Shown here: positions 1 to 9,823 of the stretch, piece after piece
Position numbering within the stretch: position 1 is the stretch's first letter
How the letters are laid out: the number at the start of each line of letters is the position of its first letter
Assembly: GCA_037441705.1 (NCBI GenBank)
Contig: JBBIRR010000050.1
Location: 1-26,665 of the forward strand
Direction: 5' to 3'
Source of the DNA: Ignavibacteriales bacterium
GTDB lineage: Bacteria > Bacteroidota > Ignavibacteria > UBA10030 > UBA6906
DNA length: 26,665 bases
Notes under the pieces: generated by a model
What the model was told of the DNA's origin: nothing
Databases searched by the model: none
What the model saw: the letters and a program-made list of their open reading frames with translations, nothing else
Program-made: the position numbers and the translations under genes

Positions 1-206
1 AGCATCCATTCGGCATTCTGCTTTCCGTACGCGGAGCCGATATGATGCGGCCGGGCCGAGAGCAGCTTCATGTATTCACGAATGCGGCCAGGCTCGGGAA
101 TCGCGCGGAATTTCTCCTCCCAAACCTTTCCTTCGGGTTGAGCCGTTGTCCAATAAAGAGGTATGATGAGAAAGAAGAGGACAAAACGAATACAGGGCGC
201 TGCCAT
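1..206 (-). CDS. M28-family glutamate carboxypeptidase II / folate hydrolase-like peptidase, 5' part (runs off the left edge)
   Basis: Absent from the ORF track because it has no stop in the window. Manual translation from ATG 206 gives MAAPCIRFVLFFLIIPLYWTTAQPEGKVWEEKFRAIPEPGRIREYMKLLSARPHHIGSAYGKQNAEWM: a signal peptide plus the 'LSARPHHxGS..K.NAEW' segment typical of bacterial GCPII-like M28 peptidases. Confidence 0.75.
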   Translation of the reverse strand, partial: MAAPCIRFVLFFLIIPLYWTTAQPEGKVWEEKFRAIPEPGRIREYMKLLSARPHHIGSAYGKQNAEWM

Positions 207-315
207 AGAGTTTCGGACCGTGATATGAAATGCCGTGGGTGTTTTGAGGTTGGATGAATATCGGCAGAACGCTTCTCACAATCAACTCACCGCATGAGAA
301 AAGAAGCAACCTTGC

Positions 316-344
316 TTGTTCCTCCGCTTCAAACCCATTATCTT
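316..344 (+). promoter_or_regulatory. Putative sigma70-type promoter for the GNAT gene
   Basis: TTGTTC (316-321), 17-nt spacer, TATCTT (339-344), ~40 nt upstream of ATG 384. Confidence 0.4.
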
Positions 345-383
345 CCATCGATATTCCGAATCTCGAACTCTCAGGTCCTCATC

Positions 384-887
384 ATGCAACCATCACTTCC
401 CCGCGTCCGACCGGCAACGCCGGCAGATGCTGAGACTATCCTGATGCTGGTGGACGCGCTTGCCGATTACGAGAAGCTGCTGCGTCCGGATAGCGACGCG
501 AAGCAGCGACTCATTCGCGACATGTTTGGCGAGCGGCGCCGCATCGAAGCGTACTTAGGAGAAGACGAGGGCAAACCTGTCGGCTATGCGTTCGTGTTCG
601 AAACCTACTCAAGCTTCCTCGCTCTGCCCACGTTGTACCTCGAAGATCTTTTTGTGCTTCCGGACCATCGCAGCAAGAAAGTGGGGTATGCCCTGTTCAT
701 GGCCATGGTGGCGGAAGCGTACCGCCGCGGCTGTGGTCGCATGGAATGGACCGTGCTCGACTGGAACACGCTTGCCATTGATTTCTACCGACGGCTCGGC
801 GCCACGCACATGAAGGAGTGGCAATTGTACAGATTGCTGCGCTCGGATATGGAAAAACTTCTCGCACACGGAACGGCGCGCGGCTAA
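384..887 (+). CDS. GNAT family N-acetyltransferase (diamine/spermidine acetyltransferase-like)
   Basis: Motifs 'VRPATPAD', 'YSSFLALPTLYLEDLFVLPDHRSKKVG' and 'GRMEWTVLDWNTLAIDFYRRLGA'. Start moved from 294 to the in-frame ATG 384. Confidence 0.9.
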   Translation: MQPSLPRVRPATPADAETILMLVDALADYEKLLRPDSDAKQRLIRDMFGERRRIEAYLGEDEGKPVGYAFVFETYSSFLALPTLYLEDLFVLPDHRSKKVGYALFMAMVAEAYRRGCGRMEWTVLDWNTLAIDFYRRLGATHMKEWQLYRLLRSDMEKLLAHGTARG

Positions 888-1075
888 GCGCTCCGCTTGC
901 TTTGTAATTTTTTCTCTCTCTCCGCGCGGCCCATCCCTTCAAATCCGCCCGCTCGCTCTACTCCCGTCCACCGAAGTTAGCTCATCGGTGTGTTGCCCTG
1001 TGTTATGAGTTACGCTCTTCGGCGTGAATGTTGTTTATACTGAGACTACTTCCACTACCAACAACGAGGACAGTC

Positions 1076-1489
1076 ATGGATATTCTCTTAGTTGATGACA
1101 ACGAAGACTATCTGATGCTGATGAAGGACTTGCTGTACGCCAACGGTTACTCCGTCATCACCGCTGCCAACGGCGCCGAAGCCTGTGAGATACTCGAGTC
1201 ATCGAGCGTAGACCTCATTATCTCCGACATCAAGATGCCAAAACTTGACGGCATCAAGCTTCATGCGTATGCGCGCGAGCTCGAGGAATACCGCGACACG
1301 AAATTCATCTTCATTTCCGGCTACAAGGACGTATACGCAGACCTGATGACGCTCGAGCCGGGAAAAGATTTCTTGCTGGACAAGACCACGCCTGCCACGG
1401 AGATCGTGAAGCTGGTCAATGACCTGATGTTCGGGAAATTTCTCAACAACACCGGCGAACAACCGCTGGCTGAGAAGCTCGGCTCCTGA
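1076..1489 (+). CDS. Single-domain response regulator (receiver), paralog 1
   Basis: ILLVDD, LIISDIKMP (phosphoacceptor Asp), FISG, DKTTP. GAGGA SD just before ATG 1076. Confidence 0.9.
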   Translation: MDILLVDDNEDYLMLMKDLLYANGYSVITAANGAEACEILESSSVDLIISDIKMPKLDGIKLHAYARELEEYRDTKFIFISGYKDVYADLMTLEPGKDFLLDKTTPATEIVKLVNDLMFGKFLNNTGEQPLAEKLGS

Positions 1490-1631
1490 CGGCCCGGATC
1501 CGCTTCACTTCAAGAAGGCCAAAGCCCGAGAAACACCGTGCTTCCCCTGTACATTTCTACAATCTGCTCTCACTTCCGGCGTATTCCTCGCCTTTGCTGG
1601 TCAATTCTTTACGTAAAGGCTATACCTTTTT

Positions 1632-1648
1632 TTGGCAAGCCTTTCGCA
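1632..1648 (+). promoter_or_regulatory. Putative sigma54 (-24/-12) promoter
   Basis: TTGGCAAGCCTTTCGCA: GG (1634-35), 10 nt, GC (1646-47), close to YTGGCACGRNNNTTGCW. Lies ~35 nt upstream of ATG 1684. Confidence 0.55.
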
Positions 1649-1683
1649 TGTCTCTACCGCGTTGAACGGAGCAAGGAACGAAC

Positions 1684-2067
1684 ATGGAAATCCTCATCGT
1701 AGATGATAACACCGATTTCCTTCAGGCAATGAAAGAGGCATTGTACGAAAACGGATATGCCGTGTACACGGCAAACGATGGTCTGGAAGCGAGCAAGTTT
1801 CTCAGCGTCGCGTTCGTCGATCTGATCATTTCCGATATCAAAATGCCACGTCTGGACGGTATCAAGTTGCATCAATGGGTGAGAAGCCTGAAACAGTATG
1901 CGCGAACGAAATTCGTCTTCATCTCCGGTTACCGGAACGAGTACGGTGATGCCCTTCGCCTGAATCCTGAGAGAGATTTCTTTCTGGATAAGACGACGCC
2001 CCCGGGGCAGATCATGCGGTTCGTTGACCGGCTCATGTTCGGGAAGTTCGCCGAAGCGTGGATGTGA
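1684..2067 (+). CDS. Single-domain response regulator (receiver), paralog 2
   Basis: ILIVDD, LIISDIKMP, FISG, FFLDKTTP, LMFGKF. Confidence 0.9.
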   Translation: MEILIVDDNTDFLQAMKEALYENGYAVYTANDGLEASKFLSVAFVDLIISDIKMPRLDGIKLHQWVRSLKQYARTKFVFISGYRNEYGDALRLNPERDFFLDKTTPPGQIMRFVDRLMFGKFAEAWM

Positions 2068-2092
2068 ACCACCAAAGGCGAGGAGAAGCGCT

Positions 2093-2482
2093 ATGAACGT
2101 ACTTCTGGTTGACGACAATACCGACTATCTGAACTTCATGAAGGAAGCGTTGTTCCTGAACGGATACACGGTGTTCACGGCAACGGATGGCTCCCAGGCA
2201 TGCGACATGCTCGAGCAGAGCGATCTCCAGATCGACTTGATTATCTCGGATATCAAGATGCCGACGCTGGACGGGATCATGCTGCACGCGTTCGCCCGCG
2301 AGATGGAGCGATACAAGCGAACCAAATTCATCTTCGTCTCAGGCTACGGGGACGCCTATGCCGACATTCTTGCCCTGGATCCTGAAGTTGATTTCTTCTT
2401 TGACAAGACGACGCCGATTACCGATTTGTTGAAGTTTATTGATAATCTGATGTTCGGTGAATTTGCTGGCAAGTGGGTGTGA
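2093..2482 (+). CDS. Single-domain response regulator (receiver), paralog 3
   Basis: VLLVDD, LIISDIKMP, FVSG, FFFDKTTP, LMFGEF. GAGGAG SD before ATG 2093; start moved from 2024. Confidence 0.9.
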   Translation: MNVLLVDDNTDYLNFMKEALFLNGYTVFTATDGSQACDMLEQSDLQIDLIISDIKMPTLDGIMLHAFAREMERYKRTKFIFVSGYGDAYADILALDPEVDFFFDKTTPITDLLKFIDNLMFGEFAGKWV

Positions 2483-2510
2483 GGGGGACACACCTGCTTG
2501 TGAGCATCAT

Positions 2511-2545
2511 GAAGACGCGAGGCGCTGCCTCGCGTTTTCTTTTTG
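2511..2545 (+). terminator. Rho-independent terminator between convergent genes
   Basis: GAAGACGCGAGGC-GCT-GCCTCGCGTTTTC followed by TTTTTG. Confidence 0.75.
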
Positions 2546-2560
2546 TCAAATGCGAGAAGC

Positions 2561-5500
2561 CTACAGCTTCGCCGCCACAACTACGGCGGCTTTGCTTGTT
2601 TCGACAACGCCCCCGCGGTCGTCGATCGCTTCGAGCAGGATGACGTAGACGCCGACGCGGGCCTTCCTCTTTTCATCGTCCAATCCATCCCACACGAGGG
2701 CGCCTCGTGCACCCGCGGGTTCATTGGTCGCCAATGTCCGAATGTGTCTTCCGACCGCATCATAGATGCGCACGCGTATCATCGCCACGCTGAGCGGCAG
2801 CTCGTACTGAATCACGGCAAAATCTTCCCACCCGTCGCCGTCGGGAGAGAACGGATTCGGCGCCACGGACAGCTTTGAAACGCCGGGCAGCATGGACGCA
2901 AACACACTGTTCTGCGCCCCCGGCGTTCCGCCAGAACGGTGTGTACACGTCGACCAGTTGCGTGGATCGTTGGACGAAAGATTCGGATTGATTTTTTCCA
3001 ATGAGCGGCCCATAACGTCGTGTACGTTCGGGTTGTGCCACGAGGGAGCGAAGGCCACGCTATCAATCACCAGTCCTGTCGGATCAACCAACACAAGATC
3101 GTCGCCGTCGTTATTGAGGCTCAGGCTCGATTGATTCACAATGGCAAGGCGGAGCGTGTCGAGTGTCGGAAACCGATGAAGGATACTCGAATCGGAGGCG
3201 AGAACGAACATCTCCCCCTGCTGAAGCATTGCGCTGCGCGAAGAAAGCCAGAATATATTTGCCCCGCCGGCGGTTGGGCGGTCACGCACCGTCCACTGCT
3301 TGAGATCAACGGGCGATGGGCTGATGTTGAGAAACTCCACGTATTCTGCGGAGCCGGTCAGTGGGGCGTACATGATTTCATTGATCACGACCGTCCCCCG
3401 AGGAAAGCCGACGCGGAGCGCCGCGAACAAACGATTGTTCGAGAGACGCTGGTCCGGCGCATAGCTCACGTCCGCCAGCACCGTGTGGATGCCGCTCGAA
3501 GGTGCTTGCCAGCCGAGTGTGACCACAAGCGATTCGCGGCGTGCGAGCGTTTGTGTAATCGTTTGCTGAGCAATACGTTCTTCGGCACTTCCCAGAGAAT
3601 CTCCGTTCACATCATCATACAGAAGGACATCGAACGACGATGAGGGAAGTCTGCCGACATTTTGCAGAACGATTGTAATGCTTGCGTCCGTTCCGGGCAT
3701 GACCGTGTCGGCGTTGACGCGCACGACGCGCAGATCGTGCTCCAGCACAACATGAGAATTGGGGCGCGAGGGTGTGGCGCCGAGCGAGTCTGAGGACGAA
3801 GCCCAATTCATCGGATCATTGGTGATGTCCAGGGGATCGATCCGCTCGAGCGACGTGCCGCCCACCCCTCCCCAACTCGACGAGTACATTAGAGAATCCA
3901 TCACCACGCGCCGCTGATCCAGAACCACAACGGCATCACCGCTGTTGCTCCACAGAAACGTCGGGAAGGATGAAACTTGCACAATGTTGCCGATGACGTT
4001 CGGATACGCCTGAGCGAAGAGCGCGGTGTCTTTCGTCAGCACCACATACGCCCCGGGACCCAGAAACAGGCGTTGAGCGGAAAGCTCGTAGCGTGAGCTT
4101 TGCGAGCGGTTGCCTACAAGCCACCGGGTGATCTCCACCGTATCCGCACGGGTGTTGAACAACTCCACCCATTCCGGGACGCCACTCGGCGGGGCGTACA
4201 TCAATTCATTGATAACCACCGAGCCGGCCGGGAAACCCACGTGCACACTTCTGGCACGAACGTTATTCGTTGTATCCTCATCTCCACCGGCATCAATCCT
4301 CACAATAAACAGATGCGCGCCCGCCCCTGGATTCGGAACCGGAAGGGCCAACAGGAGCGAATCGAGCGGCTGAAGAGGCGTCGTATGCACAACAGTTCGG
4401 AGCAGTTCCTGCGGCTGCGGAAGTGAATCTCCATTCACATCTTCATACAGTTTGGTAAAGAACGACGTGACGACCTCTCGCCCGGGGTTGCGTACCCATC
4501 CCATCAGCCGGACTGTATCGCCGACAACCGGCAGCAGCGGCATTGCGGTCAGCGTATCGAGTGCGAGGTCGCGGTCCTTGCGCGCAAGCGTGTTGCGCGC
4601 AGCCGGTGTCCCCCGTGCCGGGCTGCGGGACGTCCCCCAATTCGACTGCAGTAAGGAAGGCGCCAGTGGATCGATCCGTTCCAGCGAGTAGCCATTACTC
4701 CCACCCCACGAGGCAGCATAGAAAACCGAATCCATTATCCCTCTGTGTGCGTCCAGCAGCACCACAGCGTCGGCAGAATTATTCCAGAGAAACGTCGGGA
4801 GCGACGAAACCTGAATCGCATTCGCCGCCAGCTGTGGATACGCTTGTCGCAGCAGAGCAGTGTCCTTCGTGATCACCAGGTAGCTCAGCGGTCCTATCGG
4901 TAAGCGAGTTGCCGCAAGCTCGTACCGCGACGAAGTCGAGCGGTTTCCGAGTTGCCACCTGCTGCAATCAACGGTATCCGTTCGCGTGTTGTAGAGTTCT
5001 ACCCATTCGGGCATGCCCCCCGTTGGGGCGTACATGATTTCGTTGATGCGCACCGTTCCGGCAGGATAGCCAACAATGACTCGTCCCACGCGGAGATTGT
5101 TCGATGTATCCTCGTCCGCGGTGAAGCCGACACGGGCAATCAGTTGATAGGTTCCCGCAGCAATGGCATCGAGATCGAACGTGAACAACATCGAATCTCG
5201 CGGCAGCAACGGAGACGTGTTCTGCAACGACGACATCAATTCCGCAGGTTGCGGCAGCGAGTCGGCATTAGCATCGTTGAAGAGCTGAACGAGAAACACC
5301 GCCGCAGTTTCGCGTCCCGGATTCTTCACCGACACCAGAATCCGGACACTGTCGCCGATGATCGGCAGCGGCGGAAGAGAACGCAGAGAGTCCACGGCAA
5401 GGTCGCGATCCTTACGCGAAAGCGAGTTGCGTTCGCCCGGTGTGCTTCGATCGACGCTGCGGCTTGTGCCCCAATTGCCCGGCAGCGTGGACGGTGCGGC

Positions 5501-6799
5501 ATGATCAATCCGCTCCAGCGAGCGTCCGCCCGTATTCCCTCCCCAGCTGGCAAGGTAGCGCACGCTGTCCATCGCCCGGCCGCGACTGTCGTAGAGGATG
5601 ACTGCATCTCCGGAGTTGTTGAGACTGGGGAAACTTGATACGCCGATGATTGTTGATGTGATGGAGGGATGAATGTTGAGAAGCGCCGATGGGTTGCCCG
5701 TTAGAACCGCAAAACCTCCGGGCGGAATCTTCAGGTCTTGCGTCGTGATTCTTCGCTGAACTCGACCGCTGTCGGCGATGAACCAATTCTTGAGACTGAT
5801 CGAGTCCGATCTCGTGTTGTACAGCTCCACCCACTCCGGCTCGGGACTTGTCGGTGCGTACATGATTTCGTTGACGACAACGCTTCCCTCCCGATATCCC
5901 ACATTCACCGATGCAAGGCGCTGATTGTTGGAAAGATTCTGGTCGGGACCGTAGACGACTTTGACAATGATGAGATGAGAGCCGGCGGCAAACGAACCGA
6001 TGGACGCAGCAAGTTCTACGGAGTCGCCGGCAGCAAGCACGCCGCTGCTCGGCACAGCGGCGCGAAGCTCGGACGGCTGGGGGATCGAGTCGTTGTTCGC
6101 GTCGACGTAGAACTCCGCAGAAAAATTTTGTGCGCTTTGTTGCCCGACATTTATTATCTTTGCAGTAGTGAAAATGGAATCCCCTTCTACGGGTGCCTGC
6201 GGCTGAACTCTGACCGATGACAATGCCAGATCGTGTGAGAGTAATGCGGTGATCAGAACGTCGTCGATACGCAAAGCTGCCGTCGACCCTGCCGTTGGAT
6301 CGCCCACAATGCGCCAACGGAATTTGACGGACGGCTGCGCAGCGAGTGTCGGAGGCAAGCCGAGCGCAACAAGAATGTATGATGTCGTCCCGGGATATCG
6401 GAGCGAATCCCCCAACTGCATCGGAAACGTTGCTCCGCCGTCGGTCGAGACTTCGACTAACATCCGTGCAGTATGCGTTGACGTGCGTGCAACGCGGAAG
6501 GAGAGCGTCTCCGGAATTGCAGACGAAAAATCTACCAGCGCAGAGAAGAGTGTTTGCGAGATCCGAGCGTTCGTGGAACTGACGGCATGAGGAGGCGAAG
6601 CAGGATTGGTCGTAGTCGTCACGAAATCGTTCGCACTCGTGTCGCGATTGCGGCTCGAACTCCATCCCGGCGGCAATGCCGGAACTTGAACCGAATCAAA
6701 ATTCTGGAGGTACGGAAAAATGGAAATCTGTGCACGACTGTCGGCGGCCAGGCCCCCCACACTTGCCACGACAACGAGCATGAGGAGTCGTTGTTTCAT
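2561..6799 (-). CDS. Large secreted lamin-tail-domain (LTD) / CARDB-like repeat protein with FlgD-Ig/T9SS-like C-terminal sorting domain
   Basis: Signal peptide MKQRLLMLVVVASVGGLAADSRAQ (ATG 6799; the ORF track starts at 6847). Four 'V(V/R)(I/V)NE(I/L)MYAP...E(W/Y)VE' LTD motifs alternate with four 'DL.(V/L)...V.N.G...NN' CARDB-like units. C-terminus 'PNPFSPDGDG...IYDAVGRHIRTL...WDG...GVY'. Confidence 0.85.
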   Translation of the reverse strand: MKQRLLMLVVVASVGGLAADSRAQISIFPYLQNFDSVQVPALPPGWSSSRNRDTSANDFVTTTTNPASPPHAVSSTNARISQTLFSALVDFSSAIPETLSFRVARTSTHTARMLVEVSTDGGATFPMQLGDSLRYPGTTSYILVALGLPPTLAAQPSVKFRWRIVGDPTAGSTAALRIDDVLITALLSHDLALSSVRVQPQAPVEGDSIFTTAKIINVGQQSAQNFSAEFYVDANNDSIPQPSELRAAVPSSGVLAAGDSVELAASIGSFAAGSHLIIVKVVYGPDQNLSNNQRLASVNVGYREGSVVVNEIMYAPTSPEPEWVELYNTRSDSISLKNWFIADSGRVQRRITTQDLKIPPGGFAVLTGNPSALLNIHPSITSTIIGVSSFPSLNNSGDAVILYDSRGRAMDSVRYLASWGGNTGGRSLERIDHAAPSTLPGNWGTSRSVDRSTPGERNSLSRKDRDLAVDSLRSLPPLPIIGDSVRILVSVKNPGRETAAVFLVQLFNDANADSLPQPAELMSSLQNTSPLLPRDSMLFTFDLDAIAAGTYQLIARVGFTADEDTSNNLRVGRVIVGYPAGTVRINEIMYAPTGGMPEWVELYNTRTDTVDCSRWQLGNRSTSSRYELAATRLPIGPLSYLVITKDTALLRQAYPQLAANAIQVSSLPTFLWNNSADAVVLLDAHRGIMDSVFYAASWGGSNGYSLERIDPLAPSLLQSNWGTSRSPARGTPAARNTLARKDRDLALDTLTAMPLLPVVGDTVRLMGWVRNPGREVVTSFFTKLYEDVNGDSLPQPQELLRTVVHTTPLQPLDSLLLALPVPNPGAGAHLFIVRIDAGGDEDTTNNVRARSVHVGFPAGSVVINELMYAPPSGVPEWVELFNTRADTVEITRWLVGNRSQSSRYELSAQRLFLGPGAYVVLTKDTALFAQAYPNVIGNIVQVSSFPTFLWSNSGDAVVVLDQRRVVMDSLMYSSSWGGVGGTSLERIDPLDITNDPMNWASSSDSLGATPSRPNSHVVLEHDLRVVRVNADTVMPGTDASITIVLQNVGRLPSSSFDVLLYDDVNGDSLGSAEERIAQQTITQTLARRESLVVTLGWQAPSSGIHTVLADVSYAPDQRLSNNRLFAALRVGFPRGTVVINEIMYAPLTGSAEYVEFLNISPSPVDLKQWTVRDRPTAGGANIFWLSSRSAMLQQGEMFVLASDSSILHRFPTLDTLRLAIVNQSSLSLNNDGDDLVLVDPTGLVIDSVAFAPSWHNPNVHDVMGRSLEKINPNLSSNDPRNWSTCTHRSGGTPGAQNSVFASMLPGVSKLSVAPNPFSPDGDGWEDFAVIQYELPLSVAMIRVRIYDAVGRHIRTLATNEPAGARGALVWDGLDDEKRKARVGVYVILLEAIDDRGGVVETSKAAVVVAAKL

Positions 6800-6885
6800 G
6801 GCACTGCGTCTCAGGAGATGGGACAGAAAAACGCTTGTAATGTACAACTCCCGTTGAGAAAAGCAACAAGAATCTTTCAGACACT

Positions 6886-7275
6886 ATGAACACGGAAACA
6901 TCCACGGAGAAACAAAAGCGCATTCTGGTGGTAGAAGATGAGCCGGCGCTGCGCATCGTCATGGAATCCGAAATTGCGCGCGCGGGCTACGCCGTAGAAT
7001 CCATTTCCAACGGTCTGGATGCGATTGCCAGACTCTCGCGAGATAAATTCGATCTCGCCATTCTCGATATCAACCTGCCCGGAAAAACGGGCATCGAAGT
7101 CCTTCAATTCATTCGTGACAAACGCCTCCCCACGAGGACGTTGATGATCACGGGGTTCGACACACTCCCGACCGCCATCAAAGCGGTGCGCATGGGGGCG
7201 GACGACTACGTCCCCAAACCCTTTGACGGAGGCTATCTTGTTGCCTGCGTCAGGACGGTATTGAGGAAAGGATAA
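6886..7275 (+). CDS. Single-domain response regulator (NtrC/OmpR-type receiver)
   Basis: ILVVEDE, AILDINLP, MITG, GADDYVPKPF. Confidence 0.9.
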   Translation: MNTETSTEKQKRILVVEDEPALRIVMESEIARAGYAVESISNGLDAIARLSRDKFDLAILDINLPGKTGIEVLQFIRDKRLPTRTLMITGFDTLPTAIKAVRMGADDYVPKPFDGGYLVACVRTVLRKG

Positions 7276-7308
7276 AAAGAAAGGCGGCCCGTGCGGGTCG
7301 CCTTTTTT
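7275..7308. terminator. Bidirectional Rho-independent terminator
   Basis: AAAAAGAAAGGCGGCCC-GTGC-GGGTCGCCTTTTTT between the convergent response regulator and ahcY. Confidence 0.8.
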
Positions 7309-7333
7309 CGCGGGCGATCATAAAATCCCCTCG

Positions 7334-8614
7334 TTACGTCCCCGCGCTGTAATCCTCCATATATTTCTTCTGTTCGGGGGTGAGTTTGTCGATCGAGTAG
7401 CCCATGGTCTTCAACTTCACAGCGGCGATTTCCTGATCCTGCTCTGCCGGGATTTCATGCACGCCGTTCGGAAGTCTGTGCCCCTTCTTGTGTGCCGTTG
7501 CGAGACGGATCTGCGAGAGGAACTGGTTCGCAAACGACATGTCCATTACCTCCGACGGATGGCCTTCCGCTGCCGCAAGATTGACCAATCGCCCCTGAGC
7601 GAGCAGGTAGATGCGTTTACCGTCCTTCAGCGTGTACTCTTCATTGTTATCGCGAATCAGCCGCTTGGACTTCGTCATCTTTGCGAGGTGGTTGAGGTTG
7701 ATTTCGCAATCGTAGTGGCCCGTGTTGCAGACGATGGCTCCGTCCTTCATCTTTTCAAAATGCCGCTGGACGATCACGTCCTTCACGCCTGTCGCCGTGA
7801 TGAAGATATCGCCAACCTTCACGGCCTCGTCCATTTTCATCACCTGCATGCCGTCGAGCGTTGCCTTGAGTGCGGCGGTTGGTTTGACTTCGGTGACGAT
7901 CACGTTGGCGCCCAGGCCTTTTGCGCGTAAGGCAACACCTTTGCCGCAGTGCCCGTAACCGGCAACGACCACATTCTTTCCCGCCAGCAGCACGCTGGTG
8001 GCGCGCAGCACGCCGTCAATCGTTGATTGGCCCGTGCCGTACACGTTGTCGAAGTCCCATTTGGTTTCGGCATCATTCACGGCAATAACGGGATACTTGA
8101 GTGCGCCGTCGGCAGCCATCGCACGCAAGCGGTGCACGCCGGTGGTGGTCTCTTCCGTGCCGCCGATAACGAACTTCTCGGCAAAGTCCGGATGATTCTT
8201 GTGAATTGTGAAGATGAGATCGGCGCCGTCATCCAGCGTGAGGTTGGGTTTGAACTTCAACGTCTCTTCGATGCACCAGTAGAACTCCTTCACATTCATG
8301 CCGTGCCATGCAAAGATGGAAATGCCCTGCCGGGCGAGCGACGCGGCAACGGCATCGTTTGTTGAAAGCGGATTGCAGCCGCTCCAGCTCACCTCAGCCC
8401 CTGCTGCAACCAGCGTCTTCACCAACACCGCCGTCTCTTTCGTCACGTGCAAGCATCCGGCTATGCGATAGCCTTTCAGCGGCTTCGTTCTGCTGTACTT
8501 TTCGCGCAGAGCCATCAACACCGGCATGCGTGACTCGGCCCAATCAATCAGTCTGTCGCCTTCTCGCGCGAGTTTCAGATCGCGCACCTTATACTTCCCT
8601 GCTTTGTAATCCAT
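7334..8614 (-). CDS. ahcY: Adenosylhomocysteinase (SAH hydrolase)
   Basis: GCLHVTKET, CNPLST, TLDDGAD, EETTTGV, FDNVYGTGQST, GYGHCGKG, GRLVNLAAAEGHPSEVMDMSF. Confidence 0.97.
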   Translation of the reverse strand: MDYKAGKYKVRDLKLAREGDRLIDWAESRMPVLMALREKYSRTKPLKGYRIAGCLHVTKETAVLVKTLVAAGAEVSWSGCNPLSTNDAVAASLARQGISIFAWHGMNVKEFYWCIEETLKFKPNLTLDDGADLIFTIHKNHPDFAEKFVIGGTEETTTGVHRLRAMAADGALKYPVIAVNDAETKWDFDNVYGTGQSTIDGVLRATSVLLAGKNVVVAGYGHCGKGVALRAKGLGANVIVTEVKPTAALKATLDGMQVMKMDEAVKVGDIFITATGVKDVIVQRHFEKMKDGAIVCNTGHYDCEINLNHLAKMTKSKRLIRDNNEEYTLKDGKRIYLLAQGRLVNLAAAEGHPSEVMDMSFANQFLSQIRLATAHKKGHRLPNGVHEIPAEQDQEIAAVKLKTMGYSIDKLTPEQKKYMEDYSAGT

Positions 8615-8665
8615 GGAGTCCTTCAGTTTTGTATGGTTAGAAATAAACAGTGGTATTGATCGAAG

Positions 8666-9823
8666 TTATCGCACCGCTCGCTTGAGGAGACCGACGAGGT
8701 CGAGTCTTTCCCACGTGAACTCCTTTTCCTCGCGCCCGAAGTGTCCGTACGCTGCGGTTTTCCGATAGATCGGCCGCTTCAAATTCAAACGACGGATGAG
8801 ACCCGCGGGCGTCAGATCGATCTCTTTCTTCACGATGCGCTCAAGTTCCGCGTCAGGAATGCGACCGGTGCCGTGCGTGTTCACGTGCACCGAGACCGGC
8901 TCAGCAACGCCGATGGCATAGGCAACCTGAATCAGGCATTCGTCGGCCAGACCGGCGGCAACGATGTTCTTCGCGACGTGACGAGCGCCGTAGGCTGCGC
9001 TGCGATCCACCTTCGATGGGTCCTTGCCGGAGAAGGCGCCGCCGCCATGCGGGGCGCGCCCGCCGTAGGTGTCAACAATGATCTTTCGGCCTGTCAGGCC
9101 GCTGTCGCCGTGCGGCCCGCCGATCTCGAACCGGCCGGTGGGGTTCACGTGAACGACAAGCTTCTTATCCCGCAACTCTTCCGGGATGACGTAGTTGATG
9201 ACATGCTCGATGACATCTTCTCGAATACGTTTCTGCGAGACTCCCCCGTTATGCTGCGTGGAAACCACCACGGTGTGCACACGCACGGGGCGCGCACCGT
9301 CGTACTCAATGGTCACCTGAGACTTGGCATCGGGGCGGAGGTAGGGCATCAGGCGCGGATGATTCTTGCGGATATCTGACAGCCGCTTGACAAGCTTATG
9401 CGCGAACAGTATCGCCATCGGCATGTACTCAGGCGTCTCGTTCGTGGCGTAGCCGAACATCATGCCCTGGTCGCCTGCGCCCTGCTTCTTCTTCTTGCTG
9501 CTGTTGACGCCGCGGGCGATATCGGGCGACTGAGCATGCAGCGCCGTCAGGATGCCGCACGAATGCGCCTCAAACATATACTCCGCCTTCGTGTATCCGA
9601 TTTCCCCAATCACTCTCCGCACAACATCCGGAATGTTCACCCACGCCTTGGTGGTTACTTCGCCGGCAACAACAACCTGTCCCGTTGTTACCAGCGTCTC
9701 ACACGCAACGCGGGAGTCCGGGTCTTGCTTCAACATCTCGTCGAGGATCGCGTCCGAAATCTGATCGGCAACTTTGTCGGGATGTCCTTCGGAAACAGAT
9801 TCAGAGGTAAACAGATACGACAT
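8666..9823 (-). CDS. metK: S-adenosylmethionine synthetase
   Basis: [49 protein letters not shown]. Confidence 0.98.
   Translation of the reverse strand: MSYLFTSESVSEGHPDKVADQISDAILDEMLKQDPDSRVACETLVTTGQVVVAGEVTTKAWVNIPDVVRRVIGEIGYTKAEYMFEAHSCGILTALHAQSPDIARGVNSSKKKKQGAGDQGMMFGYATNETPEYMPMAILFAHKLVKRLSDIRKNHPRLMPYLRPDAKSQVTIEYDGARPVRVHTVVVSTQHNGGVSQKRIREDVIEHVINYVIPEELRDKKLVVHVNPTGRFEIGGPHGDSGLTGRKIIVDTYGGRAPHGGGAFSGKDPSKVDRSAAYGARHVAKNIVAAGLADECLIQVAYAIGVAEPVSVHVNTHGTGRIPDAELERIVKKEIDLTPAGLIRRLNLKRPIYRKTAAYGHFGREEKEFTWERLDLVGLLKRAVR

Noticed and set aside
42-348. ORFs 42..257 (+) and 76..348 (-)
   Set aside because: They overlap the recognisable M28 peptidase start (206 to <1, minus strand) in other frames and have no motifs.
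5505-6665. 386-aa alternative-frame ORF inside the LTD gene
   Set aside because: Arg/Cys-rich off-frame translation typical of GC-rich coding DNA; no recognisable domain.
9143-9154. Palindrome GTTCACGTGAAC resembling parS
   Set aside because: Arms are one base short of the TGTTNCACGTGAAACA geometry, and it lies in a conserved coding segment of metK.
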